From Leucoraja ocellata (lineage: Eukaryota): a DNA stretch of 64,000 nt. A program made the position numbers and the translations under genes. Positions 24,865-37,799 of the stretch are shown in pieces (position 1 is the stretch's first letter; each line of letters opens with the position of its first letter). The notes beneath the pieces were generated by a model, which had not been told where the DNA came from, did not search any database, and saw only the letters and a program-made list of their open reading frames with translations. The stretch covers positions 992,001 to 1,056,000 of the forward strand of contig JAWMAR010000026.1 in assembly GCA_036785375.1 (NCBI GenBank). Reading direction: 5' to 3'.

Positions 24865-25200
24865 GGGAACTGGATAGGCGACGTTTCAGGTCAGGACCCT
24901 TCCTCAGACTCATTGTAGTAGGGGGTTGAAAGCTGGGAAAGAGTAGTGGTGGGGGCAGGAAACATAGCCTGGCAAGTGCTCGATGGACACAGGTGAGGAG
25001 AGAGGGAGGGGGGTTCATTGGCAGATGAGTGGGCCAAGTGACAAAAGCTAGAGATGCAAATGAGACAACAGGGTGTCACATATGGAGAGATGAGGGCTGA
25101 AATGTAAAGCCAGAGGGAGGGACTTAGGTGTGAAACATCGCTTATGCCTTTCCCTCCACAGATGCTGACTGACCTGCTGAGTTACTCTGGCACTTTGTGG
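24865..25200 (-). mobile_element. Penelope-derived element with 3'UTR body and short inverted arm
   Basis: Antisense agtctgaggaagggtcctgacctgaaacgtcgcc plus purine-rich body; sense arm tgaaacatcgc...gagttactctggcactttgtg at ~25131-25199. Confidence 0.7.
24880..24907 (-). ncRNA. Minimal hammerhead-ribozyme-like core (best-preserved copy in the window)
   Basis: Minus strand reads CUGAGGA-A-GGGU(CCUG)ACCU-GAAA-CG-UC: core boxes, stem II, palindromic ACGU stem III and GUC site. Stem I is only ~2 bp, so activity is unproven. Confidence 0.5.
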
Positions 25201-25599
25201 ATCCATCAAGCTAAATAACCTTTTTTTTTTAAAGAAATCTATTAACGGATATTATTAAAATTAAATGTTGTAAATCTTGGTTTTTTTTATAATCCATTAT
25301 GATTTTTGTCAGGGATTGATTGCAGTGATCAGGAAATTTAGTTTGAATTCCTGGATAGTACAATGCATTCTTGAGTGGCTGGTAAATGTACTGTCCATCT
25401 GGTAGCACCAGAATGACCACATTAAACTCCCGACCGCATCAAAACAGTTCTTGATTAAAACATCCTGAATTCGATCTTAAAACGGTAGTTTCCAGTCTTC
25501 CATTTGTTTTCCATCTCTAGTTTCCTCTAAACTGCTGAGCTATAGCCTTGATTTTCAGAATTGTTACTGTAAAGAAGGAGGTTATTCAGCTGATTAAGA

Positions 25600-26235
25600 G
25601 TTAGAGTCACAGAGTGTCACAGTGTGGAAACAGGCCCTTCGACCCAACTTGCCCACAACGACCAAAATGTCCCAGCTACACTAGTCCCACCTGCCTGTGT
25701 TTGGTCCATATCCTTCCAAACTTGTCCTACCCATGTTTATTGGCTCTGGGTTGATCAACACTCTCACTCATATTGCTCTGCTCTTCCCCCATAACAACTC
25801 TTTACCTCAATCCCATTCCTTTCACAATGTGGAAATATAGAACTGCACATGTTAGTTTACCAAAAAAATACACAAAGTACCAGAGTAATTCAGCAGATCA
25901 GGTAGAATTTATGGAGAACATGGATAGATGACATTTCGAGTTGGGACCCTTCTACAGACTGATCAGTCTGAGCATTGAGCATTGAACATAGAATAGTACA
26001 TCCCAGGAACAGGCCCTTCAGCTCACATTATTTGTGCCGAACATGATGTCAAGTTAAACTAATCTCATTTGCCTGTACATGATCCATATGCCTACATTTC
26101 TTGCACTTCCATGTCCCTATCTAAAAGCATCTTAAACACCAATATCATAAGGTCCTGACACAAAACATCACCTATATATGTTCTCCAGGGATGCTGCCTG
26201 ACTTGTTAAGTTACTTCTGAACTTTGTATCTTTTC
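25600..26235. mobile_element. Cluster of CR1 3' ends (-) and a split Penelope-derived palindrome
   Basis: CR1 ends at ~25600-25740 and ~25975-26150; Penelope-type arms at ~25830-25968 and ~26150-26232. Confidence 0.65.
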
Positions 26236-26539
26236 CTTTTTGAATTTCCTGGTTGCCTCCTTGATCCTGTTTCCACCACCTCTATTGGTAGAAAGTTCCA
26301 GATCAGAACTACTCCTGCACAACAAAAAGGCTTTTCTTCTCAACCCCCATTTTATTGTTGCCTCAGAAATTTAAATCTCTAACTCCGGCCTTTGTTCCAT
26401 TTGTTATAGGAACAGTATCCCTCAACTTACCTTGTCTGAAGAAACATACACTTACACTTTACTATCTTATCTCCTTCTGCCCCCTCCCTTGGCAGCGTGG
26501 CCCAGGCTCCTACAATTCTCTGTATAAAAATCTATCCCC

Positions 26540-26680
26540 AATCAGTCTGACGAATGGTCTCGACCCAAAACTTCCCCTATCCGTGTACTTCAGTGATGCT
26601 GCCTGACCCACTGAGTTACTCCAGCACTTTGTGTATTATTTTGTAAACCAGCATCTGTGGTTCATTGTTTCTACGTTCCA
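26540..26680 (+). mobile_element. Penelope-derived 3' end
   Basis: caatcagtctgacgaatggtctcgaccc...gtaaaccagcatctgtggttc. Confidence 0.7.
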
Positions 26681-27396
26681 AGGGGAATTTGATTAAGTTA
26701 AAAAATGTTTAGGGTAAAGAATGTTGTGTTACTCTAGCACTTTGTGTTCTACACAAGATTCCAGCATCTGCAGTTCCTTGTGCATAAACTAGAGTAGTGG
26801 TGGGTGTATTGTAGGTGTACTTTGGTGGTTGCAGTCCCTGTTGCTTCCTGGATTGGCTTGCATTGGTGGAATGGCCACTGGTGGAATGCCAGTGATGCCA
26901 CTACCTGGTTATGTTCACACTGCGATGATTGAGGTGGAACTGAACATCGGGAAGGTTGCGGGAAAGGTTAATGGAAAAGAGCAACAAACTGACAAGGTTT
27001 ATCCTTTGAGACATTTCCTAGTGATCATCTGAATCAGGGTCTGACAGAATCATTTGCAGTCTCTTGTTTGGAAATGGTATCTTATCCTGGAGACTGGGAC
27101 ATAGAGTGGAGAAGGAACAACAACCATCAGACGTTTAAAACAAAACAATGCTGCTTTTGTAAGAGGGCAGAAATCTGTCAGTCACCTCAGTGGGGTGGAA
27201 GATTGCAACCTTCACATGGTCCGCCCTGTTTACCCGGCGGTCACAATCAAATAAGATCAAATAGAACAAGTTGTCCTATAACTTTAGGCTGTGCACGCCA
27301 TACGCAAGAAGAAGAAGTCACCTCAGTGTTGGGAATCACAACACTGAACATTGGTTGAGCTAGATTACATTTGATGCACTAACCTGCATTATTTGG

Positions 27397-27835
27397 TTCA
27401 GTTCAGTTTAGTTTAGTGTAGTTTAGTTTAGTTTATTGCCACATGTACTGAGGTACAGTGAAAAGCTTTTTGTTGCCTGTCCAATCAGCGGAAAGACTAT
27501 ACATGATGACAATCCATAGTGTACAGGTGCACGATAAAGGGAATAATGTTTAGTGCAGGTTAAAGTCTAGTAAAAACCAATTAAAGACAGTCTGAGGGCC
27601 TCAAATGAGGTAGGTGGTAGCTCAGGTCCGCTCTCTAATTGTTGATAGGATGACAGTTGCCTGATGACAGCTTAGATGAAACTGTTTTTGAATCTGGAGG
27701 TGTGCATTTTTGCACTTCTGTACCTCTTGCCTGATGGGAGAGAGGAGAAGAAGGAGTGATTGGGGTGAGACTCATCCTTGATTATGCTGGTGGCCTTGCC
27801 GAAGCATCGTGAAATGTAGATGGAGCCAATGGATT
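27397..27835 (-). mobile_element. Rex1/Babar LINE 3' end
   Basis: Translates SRCFGKATSIIKDESHPNHSFFSSLPSGKRYRS..TSRFKNSF (Rex1-type C-terminus); (aaact)n tail. Confidence 0.85.
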
Positions 27836-28371
27836 CAAGCCTTCGCAACACTTTAATATAAGGACGTAGATATTTAGATTGGATATAAGGAATGGTCACC
27901 TCTTGTGCTTCTGTCACTGGTTGGCAGTCAATGATAAGAAGGCAGTTGGCTGAAAATTGAAATGTCCTGTTCACTCACCAAAAAAAGCTGAACACTATAC
28001 TTTTAATCAGAAAAAAAAAATTGATGTTCAGTATGCTGCACGCTGCAATATGGTTAACATAGTAAAATGCCCCAAGGTTTTTCACAGAAACCCATACCTC
28101 AGCGGCTAAGCCTATTTTTAGGTTGAAGTGATGTGTGCAAGGTGCTGAGTTTTATATATAGAATTACATTGCCACTGCGACCCGCAGGCTTTTCTTAACA
28201 CATGGGATTGAGTGCCATCAACTGTTTGACTCGGACATCTTTCCTGATGTACAAGAAAATGTCTCAGCCATTGCTTTAAGTTAACACAGATAGTTAACTT
28301 CTGGCAATTACAAGTCTTACCCTAGAGAACTGATGTCACCTATTACTCCGACTATTAATACCAACAAAAAA

Positions 28372-28563
28372 AAGATACAAAGTGCTGGAGTAACTCAGCG
28401 GATCAGGCAGCATCTCTGGAGAACATGGATAGACATTGTTTCGGGTCAGGACCCTTCATCAGTCAGATCCGATATGTCGCCTGTCCATGTTCTCCAGAGA
28501 TGGTGCCTGACCTGCTGAGTTACACCAGCACTTTGTGCCTTTATTTTGTTATCCAGCATCTGC
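28372..28563. mobile_element. Palindromic Penelope-derived element
   Basis: agatacaaagtgctggagtaactcagcgg is inverted as cctgctgagttacaccagcactttgtg. Confidence 0.75.
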
Positions 28564-29020
28564 CTTCATTATTACTAATAAGAAGTGCTTTCCGGGATTC
28601 AAAACATTGCACACGTGAATGAACAAATGAGAGGAGAAAGATTGGATTTTGTTTGAATCTAAGCGTGGATTTATCCTGCTAAAAAAACAGGTATGTAGGA
28701 ATCAAATATGCATACTGCCTGGCAACAAGTTTTACTTTTCAATTAAAATAATTCCTGCTCTTTTATATTTCGTTAAATCATTCCTTTTTCTGCTGATTTT
28801 AAGAATGGGATGGTTTTAACTGATGCAGGCACCAGAAAACAATGATAGCCAAAGATAAGGCCTGATTCCAAATATAATTATAACTGCATTGAACAAGAAA
28901 TCACATGGTCTCTCAGAAAACATGAATGCCAGTATTTGAATTAATTTGAGTATGTATAAATATATTTGATATTTGATATTTCATAACTCTGAACACAAGC
29001 TTCCTTAATTTTAGTTTGGA

Positions 29021-29331
29021 GCGGCACAGTAGCGCAGTGGTAGATTTGCTGCCTTACAGCACCACAGACCCGGGTTTGATCCTGACCTTGGGCACTGTCT
29101 GAACAGAGTTTGTACGTTCTCCCTGTAAACTCATCGGTTTTCTCCAGGTGCTCCAGTTTCCTCCAACACTTCAAAGACGTGCAGCTTTGTGGATTAATTT
29201 TTCTCCTGCAAATTGTCCCTAGTCTGTACGATAGAACTGGTCTACCGGTGATCGTTGGTCAGCGTGGACTTGGTGGGATGAATGGCCCGTATCCAAGCTT
29301 TATCTCTAAACTAAACCAAATTAAACTAAAC
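29021..29331 (+). mobile_element. HE1-type V-SINE
   Basis: A box agcgcagtggt, B box gggtttgatcc, V-core, (aaact)n tail. Confidence 0.88.
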
Positions 29332-29944
29332 TTTTGTTCACTACAGATCTTAAGCGTTTTGAATTTCATTGGTCACCTTCTGCAAGACTGAAATTGATCT
29401 TGTTTCAGTTGGCCAGAAGATTTTTCAAGCTGTACACGTGAGGTTTGCCTGATATACATCAGGTAGACATAGCAAAAAGATGCCATGAAATGCAATGAAC
29501 ATATATGGGTCAGGATGCAAGGTGAACTGATGGGGCCACAACATAGGAATATGGATGAAAACTCTTGCAGAAAGTGCAGCAAAGGGGATTGAGTAGACTA
29601 TTTCATCTAAAGTTGATATCTGACAGACTATGTTTCTGGATGAGTAATCATAGAGGCTCTTTTGCTTCCATGAGGCACCTTGGGACTTTCTATAACCTTA
29701 AAGGTACCACAAAAGTACAAATTGTGTTTATTGTTAGCAACAAAATGTTTACAGTCAAAATTGATTTTTGAAAATAGACTGGTGTAGGGAGAAATGTAGC
29801 CTGGGTAGTATGGTAATAGGCAGTAATGAAGTCACTGGATTTAAAAGACACTTGGACAGGTACATGGATGGAAAAGGTTCAGAGGGATATGGACCAAATG
29901 CGGGGAATTAGGACTAGCTTAGATGAGTTGGTGTGGACAAGTGT

Positions 29945-30263
29945 GGGTGGCACAGTGGTGCAGCGGTAGAGTTGCTGGCTTACAGCTCCAGAGACCCGGA
30001 TTCGACCCGGATTACAAGTGCTGTCTGTATGGAGTTTGTACGTTCTCTTTGAACGTGTGGGTTTCCTCCGAGTGTTCCGGTTTCCTCCCACATTCAGAAG
30101 ACATGCAGGTTTATAGGCTAATTGGTCTCAGTAAAAATTGTCCTCAGTGTGTGATGGATAGTGTTATGTATGGAGTAATCGCAGGTCGGCGGGGACTCGA
30201 TTGGCCAAAGGGCCAGTTTCCGCACTGTATCTCTAAAGTTTAAAGTCTAAGATAAAGTAAAGT
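29945..30263 (+). mobile_element. HE1-type V-SINE, preceded by a CR1 fragment at ~29790-29944
   Basis: gggtggcacagtggtgcagcggtagagttgc head; V-core; tail. Confidence 0.88.
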
Positions 30264-31336
30264 TGGGGTGAACCTTCTGATTCTGTCCTGTATGACTCTA
30301 TGATTATGATTGCAGATGTTGGAATCACGATAAAAAAACAAACTGCTGGAAGAACTGAGCACATCAGGCAGCAGCAGAACTGCTGAGCTCCTCCAGCAGT
30401 TTGCTTTTTGCAATGGGCTGTAATGCATTGGTCACAGGTCAAAAGCATTAACTGATATTCCATCTTAGTAAAGCCAATGTAACTCAATGTTGTGTGTGAA
30501 GCTTTAAATGAAATAGCTTGCATTTGCATAACACCGTTAGGACCAATACGTGCTTTTAAAGTGTGGTTGTTCAAAGAGTTGTCACAGTGCAAACTCCCAC
30601 CAAATGTCATGTGATAATGACCAGTTAGTATCTTCATATGATGTTGACTGAGATGTAAGTATTGGTGAGGCGACTGGCACGAAACCCCTGCTCTGTTTCA
30701 ATATTTATATCCAGCTGAGGTTTCGTTCAGTCACTATGAAGAGGGGTCCAGGCCCAAAACGTCACCTAGCCTTTTCCTCCAGAAAAGCTGCCTGACCCAA
30801 TGAGTTACTCCAGCACTTTGTGTTTATCTTTAGTTTAGTTAAGTTTGTTTTAGTTTAAAGATACAGCAATGAAACAGGCCCTTTGACCCACCAAGTCCAG
30901 ACTGACACTTGATCACCCGTTCACAACTAGTTTCTGCGGGTTTGACATTGGCCTCATTAGCCACCCGCCAGCTCCCAGTGGATATCACAGTGGTGCCCCT
31001 TCTAGAGCAGCTGCCTCATAGCTCCAGCAATCTGACTTCCCCTGATGACTGTGTGGAGCTTGCATATTATCCCTGTGACCACGTGGGTTTCTCTCAGGTG
31101 GTTCAGTTTCCTCTCGCATCCCAAAGCAAATAGGTTAATTGGCCATGATAAGTTGCCCCGAGTGTGTAGCTGAAGAAGATGTGGGAGAACACGTTGCAGT
31201 AAAAATATGAGGGGAAATTAAATTGCTCGGTGAGCCAGCATAGAGTCGATGGGCCAAAACCGCCCTCCTTCAATGTTATAAGGTCGTTGTAATATAGAAG
31301 TTGAATTAGAGGGGACCTAATTATCCTTGAACCTTG

Positions 31337-31795
31337 GGGTGGCATGGTAGCACAGCGGTAGAGTAGCTGCCTTACAGCACCAGAGACCTAGGCACGATCC
31401 TGACTAAGGGTGCTGTCTGTTCAGAGTTTGTACGTTCTCCCCAAGACCATGTGGGTTTTCTTCAGGAGCTCTGGTTTCCTCCCACATTCCAAAGACATAC
31501 AGGTTTGTAGGTTAATTTGCTTCAGTAAAAATTGTAACTAGTGCAGAGTCTGTAGGATAGTGCTGGTGTACAGGAATTTCTGGTAGGCGCGGTCTCAGGG
31601 GGCCAAAAGACCTGTTTCCACACATTATCTCAAAAACCAAAAAGGTTAGGAGGTTAATTGGCTTTGGTAAGAATTGTAAATTGTCCCTAGTGTGTAAGAT
31701 AGTGCAGGTGTATGGGAATTGCTGATCGGCACGGACTCGTTGGGCTGAAGGGCCTGTTTCCGCCCCCATATCTCTAAACTAAACTAAACTAAACT
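31337..31795 (+). mobile_element. HE1-type V-SINE plus a second 5'-truncated copy in its tail
   Basis: 3' half present twice (31501-31640 and 31642-31795). Confidence 0.85.
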
Positions 31796-32489
31796 TAGGG
31801 CTGCCTACAAAGGAAAAAAAAGAATGAGATATTTGGAAATTTGGGTGCTTTCCCTGGAGCCTAGAGAGTGCTCAACATTAATTATTAGTGTTCTTACAGA
31901 CTACTTGCATCTGGTTTAGTTACCCACTCGTTGCCTATTTCCTGCCCCTGCACTCACAGAGCCAGATATTGAAAGTCACTGTCAACCCTTTGTGGTTCCA
32001 TTTTGATTGATGGAATAGGTAAAGGACATGACTTTGAAGAATCACTTACAGCGTCAGTTTATTGGCCTGAGACTGCTAATGGAACACACAGATGAACAGG
32101 AAAGTAATTTAAATCTTTTAAAAGGTACTGTCTAGAAGAGGAGGTATAGGCATTATCATTGAAGAGTTACACGAGGAAGCCATTTGGCCCAATGCATCCA
32201 TGCCAGCAAGCCTTCATTTCCTATTTCATTTCATATTTACACTAAGCTGAGATCTACTTTGTGTTGCTCCTGAATAAAATATATGTTGTCATTCCTATAG
32301 GAACCATGTAACCACAGCTAATATCACCAGGGCCCCTGATCAATGATCAGCACATTTGTATATTGGAGCCAGAAGCAGATTTTCTTTTTAAATTCCAGAT
32401 ACTTTTGGTGCCCAGCATGATTTGGAAACTATGGAATGGAAGGGTCCCTGAAATACAAGGTATGAGATGTCAACTATTGTTTAACAGTG

Positions 32490-33030
32490 CTTAACGCAGC
32501 GCCTGAGACCCTGGTTCAATCCTGACTATAGGTGCGGTCTGTACAGAGTTTGTACATTCTCCCTGTGCCCACGTGGGCTTTCTCTGGGTGCTCCTGTTTC
32601 CTCCCACGCTCCAAAGACATGCAGGTTTGTTGGTTAATTGGCTTCTGTAAAAATTGTCCCTAGTGCGTAGGATAGAAACGCCTCCAGCCCACTGAGTCCA
32701 TGGCACCCATTGATCACCCATTAGATAGATGTAAAATGCTGGAGTAACTCAGTGGGACAGGCAGCATCGAGAGTTCTGGATCATCCGTTAGCACTAGTTC
32801 CATGTTATTCTACTTCCACATCCATTCCCTACCCCACTAGAAGCAATTCACAGAGGCCAATTACCTTACAAACCTGTACGTCTTTGGGATGTGGTAGGAA
32901 ATGGGATTACCCGGAGGAAACCCACGCGGTCACAGGGAGAGCATGCAAACTCCACACAGACACCATCTGAAGTCTGGATTGTCCCGAGGTCTCTGGCGCT
33001 GTGAGGCAGCAGCTCTACCGCTGCGTCTCT
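32490..33030. mobile_element. Inverted pair of HE1-type SINEs ((+) 32490-32675, (-) 32676-33030) with a Penelope-derived insert at 32725-32778
   Basis: V-core on both strands; insert flanked by gatcacccattag / gatcatccgttag. Confidence 0.8.
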
Positions 33031-33983
33031 GCGCTGTCCAAGACCATAAATGTCATGGAAATCTTTCTCCCCTCCTCTGAAAGAAAGTATTCTTGAGGCT
33101 TTCAACACTGTTCATAAATAACGATCAAACAACCTACGTACTGGAATAAGATGAGTTAAATAAGCAATGCAAAAGGGAATAGCTGCAATGATGTGCATTG
33201 TTAAGAACTGGGATGAGTAATTACACTAAGCAACATTATTACAGATGTGTTTCAAGATCTTGCCTCAGGCCATTCTAGTGATGTCTGTATATTCTTGAGA
33301 TTGTTGATTAATGATTTTGCTTGTAAAAATCAAATGTAAATGATGAGGGAAAATTCATTTAATTTGAACCTAATCCAAATTTCAACTGCTTTATTTACGG
33401 TTCTGGTTTCACTCTGAAAAATATATTGAAACCTTAAAAAAAACATTGTAAAGATGACACCTTAAGATAAATAACACAAATACGGTTCCCATATTTTGCT
33501 TCTCTATGCATATCATTAAATTAGGCACCAATGCCTTGAGAAAATATTGTGTCTACATAATAAATGGAGTTGAAAAAATAAATCTATCAGATCTATATGC
33601 CCCTTTACAATGGTCACTGTCCTTTCAGCTTTAGGTCATGGATTTCGATTTGATCCAGTTTAATGGAATGAAAGCTTTCTTATTTTGCCAGTAGTAACGA
33701 TGCAACATAAAATTAGATTAGTCATCCATGGCTAATGGATGCAAAACTGCCTGTAAGTATGCACTGTTCAGAGTACCAATGCAGAGTTAAGTCTCAGTCA
33801 TCTCTTGTGTGGTAGTTCTCTTGTTTTGTAGATTGTGAGATAAGGACTGCTCCAGAGAAATGTATGCAAGAATCTACAGTATGTGTGCACTCCGAAGCTG
33901 TGTTACAGAGAATTGCACTGTCAGAACTTTGGACTGCCAGATGAAATATTAAACCGAGACATTATTCTCTTTTGCTGTCGAGT

Positions 33984-34335
33984 CTCAGAGATATGTGGCA
34001 TGGAAACCGGCCCTTCAGCCCACTGAGTCTGTACCGACCATCAACAGTTAATTTACAGCTATCCTACATCAATCCTATTTTATATTCGCCCCAGATTCTC
34101 TGCAGCTTCTACCACTCATCTACGCACTAGGGGCAATTCACAAAGGGGTGGGGTTGGGGTTCAATTAATCTAGTATTCTGTACATTTTAGGATGTCGGAG
34201 TGAACCATTAAACCAAGGGGGAACCCACAAAGTCTCAGAGGATAATGTGCATAGTTCACGTATTCAGCATCCGAGGTCAGAATTGGACCTGGGTCCCTGG
34301 TTGCAAGGCAGTGTCTATATTAGCTGTGTCACTGT
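33984..34335 (-). mobile_element. Older HE1-type SINE within a Deu-like SINE relic (~33790-34390)
   Basis: V-core variant; flanking gcactgtcag...cagatgaaatattaaaccgag resembles the Deu core. Confidence 0.65.
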
Positions 34336-35063
34336 ACCTGGTGTAAACTCTTGCATTGCCCAATAATTAACCCTCTATCCACAACATTTAATTACATAAT
34401 AGTCTATAAAGATGTGGGATGATCAAAGTTACTATATAAATGTATGTATTTCTTTCTTACTGGAAACTAGTTGATTTTGGAAATATATTTCTGGCATTTG
34501 TCCCTTGGCAATATGACCATAAGCCTTACTCTTGTACCCAGCCTACACTAGTGCCAACCCTGGATCTGTAAAATTTGGGTAACTTACAGTATTTATTTCC
34601 TTAGCAAGTGCAGCTTCCAACATGCTATGCACCAAACTCTTGAAAGCCCAAATATATTCATGTCAAAATCCACAATTCAGATTGGGCAGAAGCCGAGGCA
34701 GGAAGTCCAACATTTTCTGCTTTCAAACAAGTCGGTCTTGTTTAAGGTCCCTGACGATTTGAACTTTGGAGAACCGAAAATATTGGGAAGATCCCAAGAC
34801 TTGGCTTCCGCAACCCAATTTCTGTTCAAACCAAATTCCAAAGCTGCATCCCAGACTAAACCCTTGAATGTCACGGTTTACAACTAATGTCTGATAGTTA
34901 GTAGAAATGTTCCAGTTCAACTTAGATGAGGACAAGCTTCCGAATGCAAAGTATTTCAAATTCCTGAAGGTACTTCAGGTAACACATATTAAAGCAGCGA
35001 TTAGATAAAGACAGAATTATCTCCGTATGCCTAAAGTAACATTGATGTTAACCACAAGGCTAT

Positions 35064-35360
35064 CACAGTGGCACAGCTGGTAGAGTTGCTGTCTTACAGC
35101 ACCAGAGACATGGGCTCAATCCTGCCCTCGGGTGCTCTCTGTGTGAAGTTTGCACGTTCTCCCTGTGACCACATGGGTTTCCACCGACAGCTCTGGTTTC
35201 CTCCCGCATCCCAAAGACACGTGTCTGTAGGTTAATTGGCCTGCGTAAACTACACCTGATATGTAGGAGGTGGATGTGAGAGTGGGACAACTTAGAACTA
35301 CTGTGTGAATGGGTAATCGATGGTCGATGTGCACTTGCTGTATCTCTGCACTAAACTCAA
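35064..35360 (+). mobile_element. HE1-type V-SINE
   Basis: Head cacagtggcacagctggtagagttgc; V-core. Confidence 0.85.
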
Positions 35361-36072
35361 CAAACCCAGTCTTATGATGAAGTTTCATTTTGTTTATGGT
35401 GCTGTTTTCTTTTAAAATTGACCCACCTAAGGTTGTTGCATCGAATGTGTAAAAGATAGGAATATGCTAAATATTGTTGAGAATAACGTGCGGTTTGGAT
35501 TCAGAATCGTCTATTATTAACCGCATTGTGATCAAAAACGTTAATTCGGATTCTTTAAGTTATCAGCTATGAGTTCTCCCTTCCTGCTTGAGAGCAGAGG
35601 AAGGCCCTCAGTTGCCAAACCCTTCTAAGCTAGTGACTTAAAGTGACCTCAGAGTATTGGTGAAATTATGACCACAGTATAATGGTTTAAAAAAAACTAT
35701 AAAGCACTGGATTTGATCGTTCTTGTGCTACATCATCCCCTTCCTGCTTCATGAAAATTTAAACAAGCATTTAAAATAAATAGCTTTGCTTAGTCTCTAT
35801 TCCTTTTGAATGAGATGTGCGAGTAAAATGATAGGGGAGAGTCCTTGAAAGCATTAAATGGGCCATCTTAGCTCAATGGAAAAGAAAATGAACAGTGTTC
35901 CTTTTAGCCATTGTGTCCACAGGGAACTGTTTTTTCTTTAAACAACATTGAGGGCTGCATGCCTTCACAGTGCATTGAGGGATACAGACTACACCACAAA
36001 TAAAAGAATTAATTTGTCTTGTATTGTATTTACCGCTCTTATAGGAGGATTCTGTAAAACTCAAAGCAGATG

Positions 36073-36136
36073 GAGGGTGCGGGGGTGGGGGGGTGGGGGA
36101 GGGGTGGGGGGGTGGGGGAGGGGGGGGGGGAGGGGG
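36073..36136 (+). repeat. G-run tract (G-quadruplex-forming potential)
   Basis: More than eight runs of >=3 G. Confidence 0.8.
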
Positions 36137-36752
36137 CACAATAATTGTGCACCTCAATACATGAGATTTAAGACATATCACAAACTTCCAAAAACAGCGA
36201 GGAACTCCTTCAACTTACTCTCTAATAGCTTGGAAATGTTTGCAATTTTTCAACAGGATAAGCATATTACGAGTTTAAGTGAATTAGCGGGGCAGAGGAT
36301 TGGCTTGGGTATTAGCCGCAAGACATGTTTTGTGGGACAATAACTCTCCTGTCTCTGTATGCTGTCTATATTTTTCACATTTACGAAAAAAAATGTGCAT
36401 TCAAAATAGAGTTACCTCTGTGCAGGCAAAGGACAAAGTATGAAGGCACTGAGTGAATTAGCAGAAAGCTTTGTGATTTTAAGCCAACAGTCATAATTGC
36501 GCCTGATTTCTCTGGAGCATAAATGACATCATGATTCGCGAGTAACACTAGCCCGTGTTCAGACGTGTATGTTTATAGAAAAGCTGGGATCAACCAACAA
36601 AGGAGAAAGATTAAGTGTGGACAACTTCAATCAACCAGTTAGCTGCATCCTTACACAGCATTTTCCTTTGCTCAACCTCAGTTTGCCAGTGGGTTCAAAT
36701 CATCTCACATTCAGCCAGGGGAAGAATCCAACGGCAAACTTAAATAAACTTA

Positions 36753-36936
36753 TGTGTAGGAAAGAACTGCAGATGCTGGTATACACCGAAGATAGACACA
36801 AAATGCTGGAGCAACTCAGCGGGTCAGCCAGCATCTCTGGAGAAAAGAAATAGGAGACGTTTCAGATCCGAAGAAGGGTCTCGACCCGAAATGTCACTTA
36901 TTTCTATTCTCCAGAGATGCTCATTGTCCCACTGAA
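36753..36936. mobile_element. Palindromic Penelope-derived element with 13-bp TSD
   Basis: TSD ttaaataaactta at 36740-36752 and 36937-36949; inverted arms. Confidence 0.85.
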
Positions 36937-37235
36937 TTAAATAAACTTAAGTTGCTCACCATTTATTGTTGCAGTTCTGAGTCTCTGAGAAGGTAATGCC
37001 CTTCACTGACACTGCAGCCCTGCACATCCCAATTTTGGGCACCCCTGCTGGATAAATATGATCATCAACATATATGACAGATTTTCTCAACATTATCTCA
37101 AGTACATTATTTTTGGATGGGAAATCAGTATTGCATGTGCTACCCTTAGAAGCACTTACAGATGCACCATTGGATGCATTCTGTTGGGTTACATCGCAGC
37201 TTAGGTTTAAAATAGCTCTGCCCAAGACCACAATA

Positions 37236-37685
37236 AATTGTAGGGAGTTGTGGATGTAGCCCAGTCCATCACACAGATCAGCCTCCTCACCATTGACTCC
37301 ACTGTAACTATATTCAGTTCACTCTGCCTCACAAAAGCAGCCAACATATTTGGATGAAAGATATGGACACTTGAAAGCAGTCACCACCAGCCACATAAAC
37401 AGCTTCTTCCTTTCGATTATCAGTCTTGTGAATGGTCCTCCTGTTAGCTAGAGTGCAGTCCTGATTCTCCAATCGACCTCAATGCGGACATTGCACTTTA
37501 TTTTAGAACAGTTACACTACAATGCAGAGAACTCCATTCTGCACAATGGTATATTTCTCTTTGCCATACCTTTTGTGTTTGGCCTGAATATATGGAAGTA
37601 GAGTATCGTCTGATTTGATTTATAGCACACAAACAAAAGGTTTTCATTTTACCTCAGTACATGTGACAATAATAAACCTAAACCT
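37236..37685 (+). mobile_element. Rex1 3' fragment (older)
   Basis: aaattgtagggagttgtggatgtagcccagtccatcaca...catgtgacaataataaacctaaac. Confidence 0.7.
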
Positions 37686-37799
37686 CAGCGTAATGGTAAC
37701 TGCATTCACAAAAATACTATATTGGTTGTGTAGCAACTTACAGTATAAGAATCAGGTTCGTTAAACATATTGTATAAATTTGTCGAAAAAGCTCTTCTA

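Noticed and set aside
29021-29095. tRNA-like sequences with A and B boxes
   Set aside because: They are SINE heads running directly into the V-core; no complete cloverleaf, so not called tRNA genes
34627-34980. 86-aa ORF in unique DNA with nearby ag/gt signals
   Set aside because: No recognisable protein similarity; stops occur before the candidate donors
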